Translations under genes and position numbers: made by a program
Assembly: GCF_004010195.1 (NCBI RefSeq)
Contig: NC_057718.1
Location: 10,093,059-10,131,966 of the forward strand
Length of the DNA stretch: 38,908 bases
Reading direction: 5' to 3'
From: Chiloscyllium plagiosum
Taxonomy: Eukaryota
Notes under the pieces: model-generated
Told to the model about the DNA's origin: nothing
The model's input: the letters and a program-made list of their open reading frames with translations, nothing else
Databases searched by the model: none
In this document: one piece after another, positions 10,819 through 22,557 of the stretch
Layout: each line of letters opens with the position of its first letter
Numbering within the stretch: position 1 is the stretch's first letter

Positions 10819-11888
10819 GGCTGCCAAGTTGCTGGGGCACGAAGCAGGAGGAGGTACAGAAAATAGAAACCTGAATCCAAGTACGAAATTTTGAGGGAGG
10901 CAGGGAGCCTCTACAGAGCATATCCAATGGAGAGTTCCATTCCCGGGGGCGATACAGATTGAAGCTGATTGGCCGAAGGATTAGAGGGCATGTGAGGAAA
11001 AGACTTTTCACCCAGAGGGGATGTGGGCATCACAAATCATCTGGTGTTCAAAGGGAAACTCCCCAACTCAATTAAAAGGAATCAGGATCTGCATCCTAAA
11101 ACAGTGTAACCCGCAAGGCTGCGGACCAGGAAGGTGGGATCAGAGCGGGCAGCTAGCTCTTTGATATAACCATGCACTCATGTTGGGCTGAACGGTCTTC
11201 TTCTTTGCCATAACTTTTCTATGGTTCTTAAACCAAAGGATGGGGCTCTTTTTGCATAGACACCATAAGACACAGGCACTGACAAATTGGCCGGTAATAA
11301 ACTGTGTGGTCACCATCTCCACTGGGTGAGGAGTAGAGAGTGGGATAGGTAAAAAGATTGGGATGAGTTACCACAGGAACAGGACAGCAATAGTTAGCCT
11401 CTCAGGCCTGTTCTGCTAGCCTGTTGCATTATGGCCGTTGTATCATTTCTCTGACTTATGTTGACTTCAGCTTTATGTTGATTGAGTAAACGAGACTTGA
11501 AAACAACGACAAACCCACTGAAGGGTTGGAGATCCGTGAGAATGCTATCCCATTAACAGGAAGGCCTTGGGGGGTGGGGCAGGAAGAGAAAAGAGGCTTT
11601 GGACAGCATATAATGTGGGTGAGACATTAATATTCCAGTTTTCCGGAATTTGTAAACAACATTTGCTGGACATACTCAGATCCAGGAGTGCTCTAACCTG
11701 CTGAATATTTCCAGCATTTTCTGTCTGTCAATACAGCCCTAAACCCCCTGGAGAAAGTGGTAGAGAACAATCTGAACTGCTGCACTCCATGGGGTGTTGG
11801 AACATGCATAGTGTCTGCTCACAGTTAGGGAGGGAGTTGCAGGATTTCCACCCAGCGATACTGAAGGAATGGAGATATATATCCAAGT

Positions 11889-12111
11889 TGAGAGTGTGGT
11901 GCTAGAAAAGCACAGAAGGTCAGGCAACATCTGTGGAGCAGGCAAATCGACATTTTGGACATAAGGCCTTCATCAGGATTCCTGATGAAGGGCTTATGCT
12001 CGAAACGTCGATTCTCCTGCTCTTTGGATGCTGCCTGACCTGCTGTGCCTTCCCAGCACCACACTCTCGACTCGGATTTCCAGCATCTGCAGTCCTCACT
12101 TTTTCCCTCCT
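11889..12111 (+). mobile_element. Palindromic Penelope-derived insert with hammerhead core and 15-bp TSD
   Basis: Inverted arms 11890-12068 are centred on tcaggattcctga. The core is CTGATGA(11982)-aGGGCttatGCTC-GAAAC-GTC(12007-12009). TSD gatatat(a/g)tccaagt at 11874-11888 and 12112-12126. Inserted in an older repeat. Confidence 0.85.
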
Positions 12112-12839
12112 GATATATGTCCAAGTCAGGATGGTGAGTGGCTTGGAGGGGAACTTGGCAGAAGGTGCTTGCTCCCATGTATTTGCTGCCCTTGTCCTTC
12201 AAGATGCGGTAAGTGTTTGCGGGTTAGGAAGGCACTGTCTAAGGATCTTTAGTGAACTTCTGCAATGCATCTTGTAGGTGGTACACACAGCTGCCACTGA
12301 GCATCGATGGTGAAAGGAGTGGATATTTAAAGGTGATGGATTGGGATCACGTGGGTTACTTGATCAAGATGGATAGCCAATGAAGATGACGAAAACTGGA
12401 GAGAGTTAGAGCATCCATTTTAAAGGTTAGGGAATAGAACTCCTGGGATTTCCATGCACAGTTCCTTTGCCCCTCTCCATTTCTCATTTATATAATTTCT
12501 TCACTTTGTTTCTATTTAATATACCTTCATCTATACATTCTACTTTTAAAAAATAATGATTCCTTTCTTTCCTGCCCTCTATTCAGTGTCGCCCAACTTG
12601 GAGGTGGGAGCTACATTGTGCACTTTTCGGTTCAGATTGTATGCCATGGGTATATGGGACAGAGAGCTCATGGCGCTGGACACTGTCAGTTCAATGTCAC
12701 ACCAGAATCTGATGAGGTTGCATCAGCCACAGGATCAGTGGTTCAGCCGACTCTGACAACAACTGGCATTGCAATAGTGCCGTTAATGTAGACTGTTCCA
12801 TGGTGACTGACAAAAGAGTGACCGACACACTGAGTCAAG

Positions 12840-13014
12840 ATATGGAGGTGCCGGTGTTGGACTGGGATGGACAAATTCAGAACTCACACGACACCAAGTT
12901 ATAATCCAACAGGTTTATTTAAAATCACACACCTGATGAAGGAGCAGCGCTCCGAAAGCTTGTGATTTTTAAATGAACCTGTTGGACTAGAGCTTGGTGT
13001 CATGTGACTTCGGG
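12840..13014 (-). mobile_element. Second family of palindromic Penelope-derived insert, with hammerhead core and 12-bp TSD
   Basis: Arms ~12883-13007. The + strand has CTGATGA(12933)-aGGAGCagcGCTCC-GAAAGCTT. TSD cactgagtcaag at 12828-12839 and 13015-13026. Confidence 0.8.
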
Positions 13015-13562
13015 CACTGAGTCAAGGAGGAGACACCAGGATAAGTATCCACATTATCACTGGGGCACTTCCAATCTATCTGTACTCATATGATATCTGC
13101 ATCCTGGCACAAGCTTTAGGACTTAGGGCTACAACTTAGTCTGCTCATTACTGATTAGACCAGAAATAATGGGGTTAGTTTGGAGGACAACTCATTAAAA
13201 CCAGCAAAGGCACTTTGGGCTGAATGGCCTCAACATTCCCCATTTGAATTGAGCAGATGTAAGTGAAATACTTCTTCCAAATTCTGCATTCAGAGTTCCT
13301 GTGGATAAAAGGTTCATTTCCAGCTTCAGAAATTAATCGCTCAAAGTTCTGAAACAAGAAACAGCTAACTTCATGAGGCCTGATGGGAACAGCAGTTAGC
13401 GTGGAATTCAACGCAACAATTCCATTGATATAGCAACTTTAAAATGGAGGAAGTGTCCCTGGATGCTATGTAATGCAAATTCTGCATCAACGTAACTGTT
13501 CAACTGCAGCCTAGGCTCTTTAATAACATCCAATTAACAAATGTTATCTTCACTGTGGTAAC

Positions 13563-13799
13563 GCTTAAAAATGTGTTGCTGGAAAAGCGCAGCAGGTCAG
13601 GCAGCATCAAAGGAGCAGGAGAATCGACGTTTCGAGCATGAGCCTTTCTTCAGGAATGAGGAATGAGGACACTCTCCTCATTCCTGAAGAAGGACTCATG
13701 CCCGAAACATCGAATCTCCTGCTCCTTGGATGCTGCCTGACCTGCTGCGCTTTTCCAGCAACACCTTTTTAAGCTCTGATCTGCAGTCCTCACTTTTTC
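13563..13799 (+). mobile_element. Palindromic Penelope-derived insert with two opposed hammerhead cores and 15-bp TSD
   Basis: Arms 13563-13774. CTGAAGA...GAAAC is present on both strands. TSD cttcactgtggtaac at 13548-13562 and 13800-13814. Confidence 0.88.
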
Positions 13800-14310
13800 C
13801 TTCACTGTGGTAACATCTGCCATAAGTTCACACTGTTTACTAAAAACGCTTCCAAAGCAGCAGCATCTATTAAGAGACAGTCACAAAAATGCAAATCAAA
13901 AAAGTGTAATTTCAAAGTGAGTCAGGGAGCAGAACAAGCTGGAAGTCAGGAGCACAGTGCGTGTGTGTTGCCATAGTCTTATCAGACCAGAAGGCTGCAT
14001 TCTTCTTTGAGAGAGAGAGAGAGACGACTAGTGGTGGTTTAACCTGAGGACCACCAATAGCTCAGGCGAGGGGAGGAGTTCAGAAGGAGAATCCTTCCTG
14101 GTCACTTCAGCTGGTGGCAGGAACTGAACCCACGCAGTTGGCGTCACACTACTTTGCAAACCAACCTTCCTGCCAAACGAGCTAAACCAGCACCACCCCC
14201 CCCCCCCCCCCATGGGAATGCAGTGACGTTCAGATAGATTTCAAGAAAAGGTTTCACAGGAAGAGTGACTAACTCTTGGAGCGGTCTTTCTAAGTCTAAA
14301 GGAAAAGGGA

Positions 14311-14511
14311 TGAAAATGTGTTGCTGGAAAAGCGCAGCAGGTCAGGCAGCATCCAAGGAACAGGAGAATCGACAGTTCGGGCATAAGCCCTTCTTCAGGA
14401 AGCCCGAAACGTCGATTCTCCTGTTCCTTGGATGCTGCCTGACCTGCTGCGCTTTTCCAGCAACCCATTTTCAGCTCCGATCTCCAGCATCTGCAGTCCT
14501 CACTTTCTCCT
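14311..14511 (+). mobile_element. Palindromic Penelope-derived insert with central deletion and 14-bp TSD
   Basis: Arms 14311-14473, tail ctccagcatctgcagtcctcactttctcc. TSD taaaggaaaaggga at 14297-14310 and 14512-14525. Confidence 0.88.
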
Positions 14512-15349
14512 TAAAGGAAAAGGGAACTTTGTTAATGAAACATGAGACTGAGACGTAGTGCAGGAGGGGGCACTGACCAATATCTGCCCATCCGCCCACC
14601 CTCTCAACATTTGACCTTTCACCCAAGGTGTTTAGGTGGGTGAACGGAGGTGGATCCAAATGGTTGCCCTTGTTGATCTACCCATTCTGCAGTCCAGCCC
14701 AGTCAGTGCCAGGTTGGTGATGATGCTTCTTTTAGCAGGAACGATACCCCCTTCCTCACAGATAAAACTACAGGGTCACAGTACCACACAGTTCAAAGCC
14801 CTAGACCCCACTGCCCTTGACCCTGGCCAATTTCCAGCTTTGCTCTGTCCCTGGCCCCAGATTTATGTTCGGATCTGCTTATGATCACACTGGTGTCTCC
14901 CAGCAGAGTCCGGCCTTTAACTAGCCTGGAGCTCCCTCGCAGTTGGGCCTCACTCGTGTTGGACTGCAGTGACCCTCCACCTTCCATAAAACCATAAGAC
15001 ACAGGAGGAGAGGCGGGCCATTCAGCCATTGAGTCTGCTCCATCCTTCAAAGCTCGGACTCTTCAAATCCTTCCAGCTCCAACGCAAGGCCTTCCTGGAT
15101 CCCAAGAGGCTATCTCAGAGAGAGGGAGCAGGAGAGAGCACAACCCCCACTGACAGGTTGGGGTTCAAGGAGCAAGCCCATTGGCCACAGATGTATCCCA
15201 GAAACATTTGGATCTTGGAGGGTAACATAAGAAAAATATTTTCTCAGTCAGGGTTGGAAAAGTAGGTCATTTTCTCACAGGCTAACCCTTGTGCTTCATA
15301 AATATAGATTTGTTTTCTCTTAGTGTTGATGCCTTTTTCTCTTTCATTT

Positions 15350-15541
15350 TTACATAATTATATCATAAACTCTTCCGACTCTTCCCAGCCATTCTCGAAC
15401 AGCTTGCCGAACACGGACATCGGTGACGTGGCAGGTGAGTTGGCTGATACTTGGGTATACGGAGGGCTGCAGAGCGGTGAACGTCTGATCCGGCAATTGC
15501 TGAATTTGGTTGAGGACCGTGAGGATCATGTTGGTCCAGGC
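15350..15541 (-). CDS. ARFGEF3: ARFGEF3 (BIG3/KIAA1244) last coding exon
   Basis: Acceptor ctctggtag|GCC. The 192 nt encode AWTNMILTVLNQIQQLPDQTFTALQPSVYPSISQLTCHVTDVRVRQAVREWLGRVGRVYDIIM*, matching the BIG3 C-terminus. Not called in the ORF track because the frame has no qualifying start. Confidence 0.95.
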   Translation of the reverse strand, partial: AWTNMILTVLNQIQQLPDQTFTALQPSVYPSISQLTCHVTDVRVRQAVREWLGRVGRVYDIIM

Positions 15542-17139
15542 CTACCAGAGAAAAGCCATTTTAGTCAGACAGCCAACAACGCCGACCCACATTCACAGAG
15601 AGCCTCTAACCTCTCAAGGTGCTTCCTCGGGATACACAAACAGGAGTAGGCCATTCGGCCCTTCTGGGTATGCCCTGCCATTCTGTTAGGTCATGGCTGC
15701 TCTTCGCAGGAACACTGTCAAAATATCGACACTGAGCCACGTACTGGGGCCAGTGAGTCAAAGAGGTTTAAGGAGGGGAGAAAGAGAGAGACAGAGTGTG
15801 TAGGAAGCTGAGAGGGGACATTTCAGAGCTTAGGGGCGTCAAGCAGTTACAAGGCACAGCCACCTATGGGGGAAGCAGTGAAAATCAGGGATGTGCAGGA
15901 GACCAGAATTGGAGAAGTAAATTCTCATTGGTCAAGGCACTCTACTGTGGAGATGCCGGAGTTGGACTGGGGTGGACAAGGTCTCTATCTCTCTTTGAAG
16001 GTGAGGCAAACAGCTTGAGTCATAGAGTCATACAGCATGGGAACAGACCCTTCAGTCCAACCAGTCCACACCGAATATAATCCCAAACTAAATTAGTCCC
16101 ACTTGCCTACTCCTGGCCCATATCCCTCCAATTGTAAAATAAAATTAATTCATGGGACGTGGGTGTTGCTGGCTGGGCTAGCGTTTATTGCCCGTTCCCA
16201 GTTGCCCTTGAGAAGGTGGGGGTGAGCTGCCTTTTTGAACCGCTGCAGTCCATGTGCTGTAGGTATTACCCACAATGCCCTTAGGGAGGGAACACCAGGA
16301 TGTTGACCCAGCGACACCAAAGGAACACCAAATACTTCCAAGTCAGGATAGTGAGCAGTGTGGAGGGGAACCTGTCGTTGGTAGTGTTCCCATGTATCTG
16401 AAGCCCTTGTCCTTCTAGATGTTTTGCAGTGCATCTTGTAGATGGTACATCCTGCTGCTACAGTCATAACTTTCAAGGCTGTGGTCCAAGTACTGGAAAG
16501 TGGGACAAGTGTTGATTTGGCAGTACAGTGTTGGGCCAAAAGGGTTCCTCGGCACTGTATGATTCTATGATGCTGAGTGTTGGTGGTGGAGGAAATGGAC
16601 ACTTGTGGAGATGATGCCAAACAAGCAGGTGCTGCTGGTGCAAGATCAGTCGAATTCCAGGAGGTTTCTTTATTGTCCACCCCGATGCACCACAGATGGT
16701 GGTGGTTGCTGAGTGACTGGTCTTACAAAAGAAGGGCTTACTACGTCACTTCAGAAGGCATCAGGATACAAGCGTGTAACCTGGCAGCAGAGAGTGACTC
16801 ACAGCATGTCAGGGTCCTGAGGGACAGAGAGGGGCCCATTGGGATTTTTACAGATCTATGGTCAAATTTCTGTTGGCAATCCAGTAACGACCAGAGTCCA
16901 GACTGAGATCTGTGCGTCAAGTGCAATAACTAGTGGTTGATCTTTACACCTCTCTGTGAACATCAGTCACCCTCAGCTTAGGCCTGTCTCACACAGAATC
17001 ACCAGTGAGCATCACAGGGAATAGGAGCAGGAGTAGACCCTTTGGCCCTATCATTCTATCCCATCATTGCTAATTTTAGTCTTCAAACACCACCTCTTCA
17101 CCATCTACCACCAACCAGAAATCTGTCTACCTCGACCTT

Positions 17140-17442
17140 ATCCATGTTCGATTCCCAGGGTGACTGTCTGTTTGGAATTTGCATGTTCTCCCAGTGTCGG
17201 CATCGATTTCCTCCGGGTGCTCTGGTTTCCTCCCACATGTCGAAGATGTATAGGTTGGGTGGATTGGCCATGCTAAATTGTCCATATTGTCAGGGATGTG
17301 TTGGTTAGGTGGATTAGCCATGGGGATGGGGTTATGGGGATAGGGTAAAGAGTGGGTCTGGAATGGATGCTCTTCAGAAGTTCAGTGTGGGACTTTGATG
17401 GGCCGAATGGCCTGTTTCCACACTGTAGAGTTCTATGATTCT
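17140..17442 (+). mobile_element. HE1-type SINE, 5'-truncated
   Basis: gttcgattcc...gactgtctgtttggaatttgcatgttctccc...ggccgaatggcctgtttccacactgtagagttctatgattct. Confidence 0.8.
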
Positions 17443-17565
17443 TAGACATACATACATATACATGGAGTATGCACAACCCTCTGGGGTATAGAATTCTAAA
17501 CATTCACCACCCTTCAAGTGAAGTAATTCCTCCTCATCTCAATCCTAAATGATTCGCCCTTTAAT

Positions 17566-18110
17566 AGAAATTGCTGGAAAAGCTCAGCGCCTGTGGAGAG
17601 AAATCGGAGTTCACATATCGGGTTGAATGACCCTTCCTCTGATCTGAAGTAAATTGGGTGAATAAGGTATATCAAAATCCAACGCAATTTTATCAGGCTC
17701 AAACCCCCTGCATAAAGTATCAGCTAACTTGCCACAATTTATATTAAATGAGACCATGAAAATAAGCAAAATATTATATTAAATGAGACCATGAAAATAA
17801 GCAAAATAAATATGTCTTACATGGCACTGTCTTATGAAATTTACGTGTGCACCCACTAGAGCTTAGAAGGATGAGAGGAGATCTAATTGAGGTATATAAG
17901 ATGTTAAAGGGAATTGACAAAGTTAATGTAGAGAGAGTGTTTCCTCATGGGGACATCTAGAATGAATGGACATAGTTTTAGGATAAGGGGTAGCAGATTT
18001 AAAACAGACATTAGTAGGAATTACTTCTTTCAAAGGGTTATGAATCTGTGGAATTCACTATCCCAGAGGGTAGTGGACATTGGGGCATTGAATAAGTTTA
18101 AGATGAGATC
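17566..18110 (+). repeat. Direct duplicate, copy 1 (partner 22558-23067), with an internal 35-bp tandem duplication at 17739-17808
   Basis: Near-identical to 22558-23067. It comprises a Penelope terminus, a non-repetitive-looking AT-rich spacer and a CR1 fragment. Confidence 0.92.
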
Positions 18111-18142
18111 AGATTACATTACCTACAGTGTGGAAACAGGCC

Positions 18143-18625
18143 NNNNNNNNNNNNNNNNNNNNNNNNNNNNNNNNNNNNNNNNNNNNNNNNNNNNNNNNNN
18201 NNNNNNNNNNNNNNNNNNNNNNNNNNNNNNNNNNNNNNNNNNNNNNNNNNNNNNNNNNNNNNNNNNNNNNNNNNNNNNNNNNNNNNNNNNNNNNNNNNNN
18301 NNNNNNNNNNNNNNNNNNNNNNNNNNNNNNNNNNNNNNNNNNNNNNNNNNNNNNNNNNNNNNNNNNNNNNNNNNNNNNNNNNNNNNNNNNNNNNNNNNNN
18401 NNNNNNNNNNNNNNNNNNNNNNNNNNNNNNNNNNNNNNNNNNNNNNNNNNNNNNNNNNNNNNNNNNNNNNNNNNNNNNNNNNNNNNNNNNNNNNNNNNNN
18501 NNNNNNNNNNNNNNNNNNNNNNNNNNNNNNNNNNNNNNNNNNNNNNNNNNNNNNNNNNNNNNNNNNNNNNNNNNNNNNNNNNNNNNNNNNNNNNNNNNNN
18601 NNNNNNNNNNNNNNNNNNNNNNNNN
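18143..18625. other. Assembly gap
   Basis: Run of N. Confidence 1.
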
Positions 18626-19147
18626 ATCTGGATGGGTATATGAATAGGAAGGGTTTGGAGGGATATGGGCTGGGTGCTGGCAGGTGGGACTAGATTGGGT
18701 AGGGATATCTGGTCGGCATGGACGGGGTGGACCGAAGGGTCTGTTTCCGTGATGTACATCTCTATGACTTTATGTACTCAAGTATAGGAGTACAGTGAAA
18801 AGTGTATAATGTCGCCACACATGGTGCCATCTCAGATACAAAGGTACCTAAGATATAAAAACTCAGGTACAAAGTAGTAAAGGAAACAACATTTTTTTAA
18901 AAAAATTAAGCATTACCTTCATAGCATAAGTAGAAAAATAAAGAAATAAGGTAATAGTGAAAGTTAAAGTTCTTGTGATGGTGAGTTCCATGTTCTCACC
19001 AGTCCCTGTGCAAGTAAATTTTTCTGAATACCCATAGAGTCATAGAAATGTACAGCTCAGGGACAGACCCTTCGATCCAACTTAGCCATGCTGACCAGGT
19101 ATCCGTAATTAATTTAGTCCCATTTGCCAGCTGTCAGCCCATACTCC

Positions 19148-20775
19148 TTTTAACCCTTCCTATTCATAGAACATAGAACAGTACAGCACAGAACAGGCCC
19201 TTCAGCCCACAATGTTGTGCCGACCACTGATCCTCATGTATGCACCCTCAAATTTCTGTGACCATATGCATGTCCAGCAGTCTCTTAAATGTCCCCAATG
19301 ACCTTGCTTCCACAACTGCTGCTGGCAACACATTCCATGCTCTCACAACTCTCTGTGTAAAGAACCCGCCTCTGACATCCCCTCTATACTTTCCTCCAAC
19401 CAGCTTAAAACTATGACCCCTCATGTTAGTCATTTCTGCCCTGGGACATCTCTGGCTATCGACTATCTATGCCTCTCATTATCTTGTATACCTCAATTAG
19501 GTCCCCTCTCCTCCTCCTTTTCTCCAATGAAAAAAGTCCAAGTTCAGTCAACCTCTCTTCATAAGACAAGCCCTCCAGTCCAGGCAGCATCCTGGTAAAC
19601 CTCCTCTGAACCCTCTCCAAAGCATCCACATCTTTCCTATAATAGGGCGACCAGAACTGGACGCAATATTCCAAGTGCGGTCTAACCAAAGTTTTATAGA
19701 GCTGCAACAAGATCTCACGACTCTTAAACTCAATCCCCCTGTTAATGAAAGCCAAAACACCATATGCTTTCTTAACAACCCTGACCACTTGGGTGGCCAT
19801 TTTANNNNNNNNNNNNNNNNNNNNNNNNNNNNNNNNNNNNNNNNNNNNNNNNNNNNNNNNNNNNNNNNNNNNNNNNNNNNNNNNNNNNNNNNNNNNNNNN
19901 NNNNNNNNNNNNNNNNNNNNNNNNNNNNNNNNNNNNNNNNNNNNNNNNNNNNNNNNNNNNNNNNNNNNNNNNNNNNNNNNNNNNNNNNNNNNNNNNNNNN
20001 NNNNNNNNNNNNNNNNNNNNNNNNNNNNNNNNNNNNNNNNNNNNNNNNNNNNNNNNNNNNNNNNNNNNNNNNNNNNNNNNNNNNNNNNNNNNNNNNNNNN
20101 NNNNNNNNNNNNNNNNNNNNNNNNNNNNNNNNNNNNNNNNNNNNNNNNNNNNNNNNNNNNNNNNNNNNNNNNNNNNNNNNNNNNNNNNNNNNNNNNNNNN
20201 NNNNNNNNNNNNNNNNNNNNNNNNNNNNNNNNNNNNNNNNNNNNNNNNNNNNNNNNNNNNNNNNNNNNNNNNNNNNNNNNNNNNNNNNNNNNNNNNNNNN
20301 NNNNNNNNNNNNNNNNNNNNNNNNNNNNNNNNNNNNNNNNNNNNNNNNNNNNNNNNNNNNNNNNNNNNNNNNNNNNNNNNNNNNNNNNNNNNNNNNNNNN
20401 NNNNNNNNNNNNNNNNNNNNNNNNNNNNNNNNNNNNNNNNNNNNNNNNNNNNNNNNNNNNNNNNNNNNNNNNNNNNNNNNNNNNNNNNNNNNNNNNNNNN
20501 NNNNNNNNNNNNNNNNNNNNNNNNNNNNNNNNNNNNNNNNNNNNNNNNNNNNNNNNNNNNNNNNNNNNNNNNNNNNNNNNNNNNNNNNNNNNNNAGACTC
20601 CACACACAAGTTCCCTATGCTATCCCTGATCGGCCGTACTCTTTCTTTGACCATTCTCTTATTCCTCACATAAGTGTAAATGCCTTTGTGTTCTCCCTAA
20701 TCTGTTCTGCCAAGCCTTTTTCGTGCCCCCTCCTGGCTCTCGTCAGACCATTTCTGAGCTCCTTCCTTGCCTGCC
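19148..20775 (-). mobile_element. CR1 LINE ORF2 fragment(s) spanning an assembly gap (19805-20594)
   Basis: [44 protein letters not shown]...RGDLIEVYKIM. The tail is (tgttcta)n at ~19148-19160. Beyond the gap it reads RPIRDSIGNLCVES. Confidence 0.9.
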
Positions 20776-21120
20776 AGTACTCATCCAGATGCCTTTTAAA
20801 TGCTGTCATTGTACCAGCCTCCACCACTTCCTCTGGCAGCTCATTCCATACACGTACCACCCTCTGTGTGAAAAAGTTGGCCCGTAGGTCCATTTCAAAC
20901 CTTTCCCCTCTCACCCTAAACCTATGCCCTCTAGTACTGGACTCCCCCAACCCAGGGGAAGAACCTTATCTACTTTACTTATCCATGCCCCTCATGATTT
21001 TGTAAACCTCTAGGTCACCCCTCAGCCTCTGACACTCCAGGGAAAACAGCCCCAGCCTATTCAGCTTCTAACTATAGCTCAAACCCTCCATCCCTGGCAA
21101 CATACTTGTAAATCTTCTCT
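20776..21120 (-). mobile_element. CR1 LINE 3' ORF2 fragment
   Basis: GESSTRGHRFRVRGERF...NFFTQRVVRVWNELPEEVVEAG. Confidence 0.88.
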
Positions 21121-22557
21121 CCGTGTACATTCTGTTAGTGTGTTTAGTTCAACCTTCAGCTTTCATTTTTCGAGACAGGAAGCCCAACCTCCAGGTAGTA
21201 TTATCCCTGTAAATCTTCCTATTTTTCCCTCTCCAGTATCACTTTTATAAAACAGCAACTAGAATTGTTCACAGTCCTCCAAGTATGGTCTGATCAAGGT
21301 CTGATACATGTTTACTGCAACTTCAATGCGCTCTCCTCAGAAATAAACCCTTGCACTTGTTTTGATTGGGTTTTTTTTTAGTAAGGCTTTGTTAACTGGA
21401 GAATCGAATGAGTGAGGTGGAAGAGTATGGAGTTATCTTTAACGTAATCTGCCCACTAAGAAAGTGATGGGAGAGGGTACAACTGGTTTTACACGTTAAT
21501 GGTACATGCCATTGAAGGCAATGGTGGAGTGGGTAATGAGACCAAGAAGCTCCCTACACCCACCCAGTGAGTTATTTTCACAGTGCCCCCTGAAGCTGGG
21601 ACAGAATGAGGGAGAAAAGCCCAGTACATTCTGTAATGGCCGCCACTGACAGGAAGGGTTACAGGAACAAAGAGAGCAAGTTTGTAATCGATCCAAGATG
21701 GTGGTGCAGCAGGATGCTTCAGCCAGAGCCCGTCTGCTCCATCCATTTTGTTTTCTTTATTTTTCTCTTTTCTTGTTTGTGTTTTTTTTTCTCTTATCTC
21801 TCTTTTATCTCAGAGAAGATGTCCTGAGCTTTGGCCTTAGCACAGACCCAGCCTGATGGTGATCTCCCAGCCTGGTGTAGCGGTCTCCTGCCCCCTGTAG
21901 TGATCTTTGTGCCCAGCGTTATAGTCCTGGCCCATAGTGAAGCCCTGAACATTCTGGAGTCAAGGCACGGCATGGGCTGGACGCTCAATGTCAGCTTGGA
22001 CTGGATTGGAAGGACTGGTGTGTGGACTTCTTATTTCCCCATTTTCTAAGCTACTGCTGCGCTCTGCAATGCTGGACTTCTTATTTCTTTATCTTTTTTT
22101 CCCTAAGAACTTGTACTGTAGAATCTGTACCTATTGCTTGACCTTATACCTTAGATGGTGTTGTAAGTGCTGACTTGCAAGCCTTTCACTGTACTCACCT
22201 GAATATGTAACAGTAAAGCTAATTCAACCCCCCAGTTGTGCATAAGCGCTTGTTACAGACTGCACCACTGCCAGCCCATGAGCAACTGTTCCTGATGCTG
22301 GTGGCAGGATGAAATTTTCCTACATCTGAATTACTAGAGAAGGAAATGTGGACTTTAACGACTTGTTTGCATCTGTGTTTGATTATGCTAGTCTGATCAC
22401 CGATCCTTCTTTATTGCTTGACTGAGGAACTAGTGAGTCAGATGTTATCTTTACTCCACAAAGGATCCTTCAAAGATATACATATAAGTTCTAAGATGTT
22501 TAAATTTGTGTGAGTAAACTGCTTAAGTTTAGAACTACGGTTATCTTTGTCAAAAAC

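Larger units (their letters stand above)
9010..15349 (-). other. ARFGEF3: Probable long (~6.3 kb) 3' UTR of ARFGEF3
   Basis: Spans the stop codon (15350-15352) to the candidate polyA signal at 9027-9032. The mammalian gene also has a long 3' UTR. A more proximal end cannot be excluded. Confidence 0.5.

Noticed and set aside
11889..14511. Palindromic inserts as DNA-transposon MITEs or pre-miRNAs
   Set aside because: The asymmetric tail, variable 11-15 bp TSDs and shared Penelope terminus with hammerhead core argue for a retroelement origin.
17947..20673. Long X-filled ORFs here and at 35935-37209
   Set aside because: They are artefacts of N gaps.
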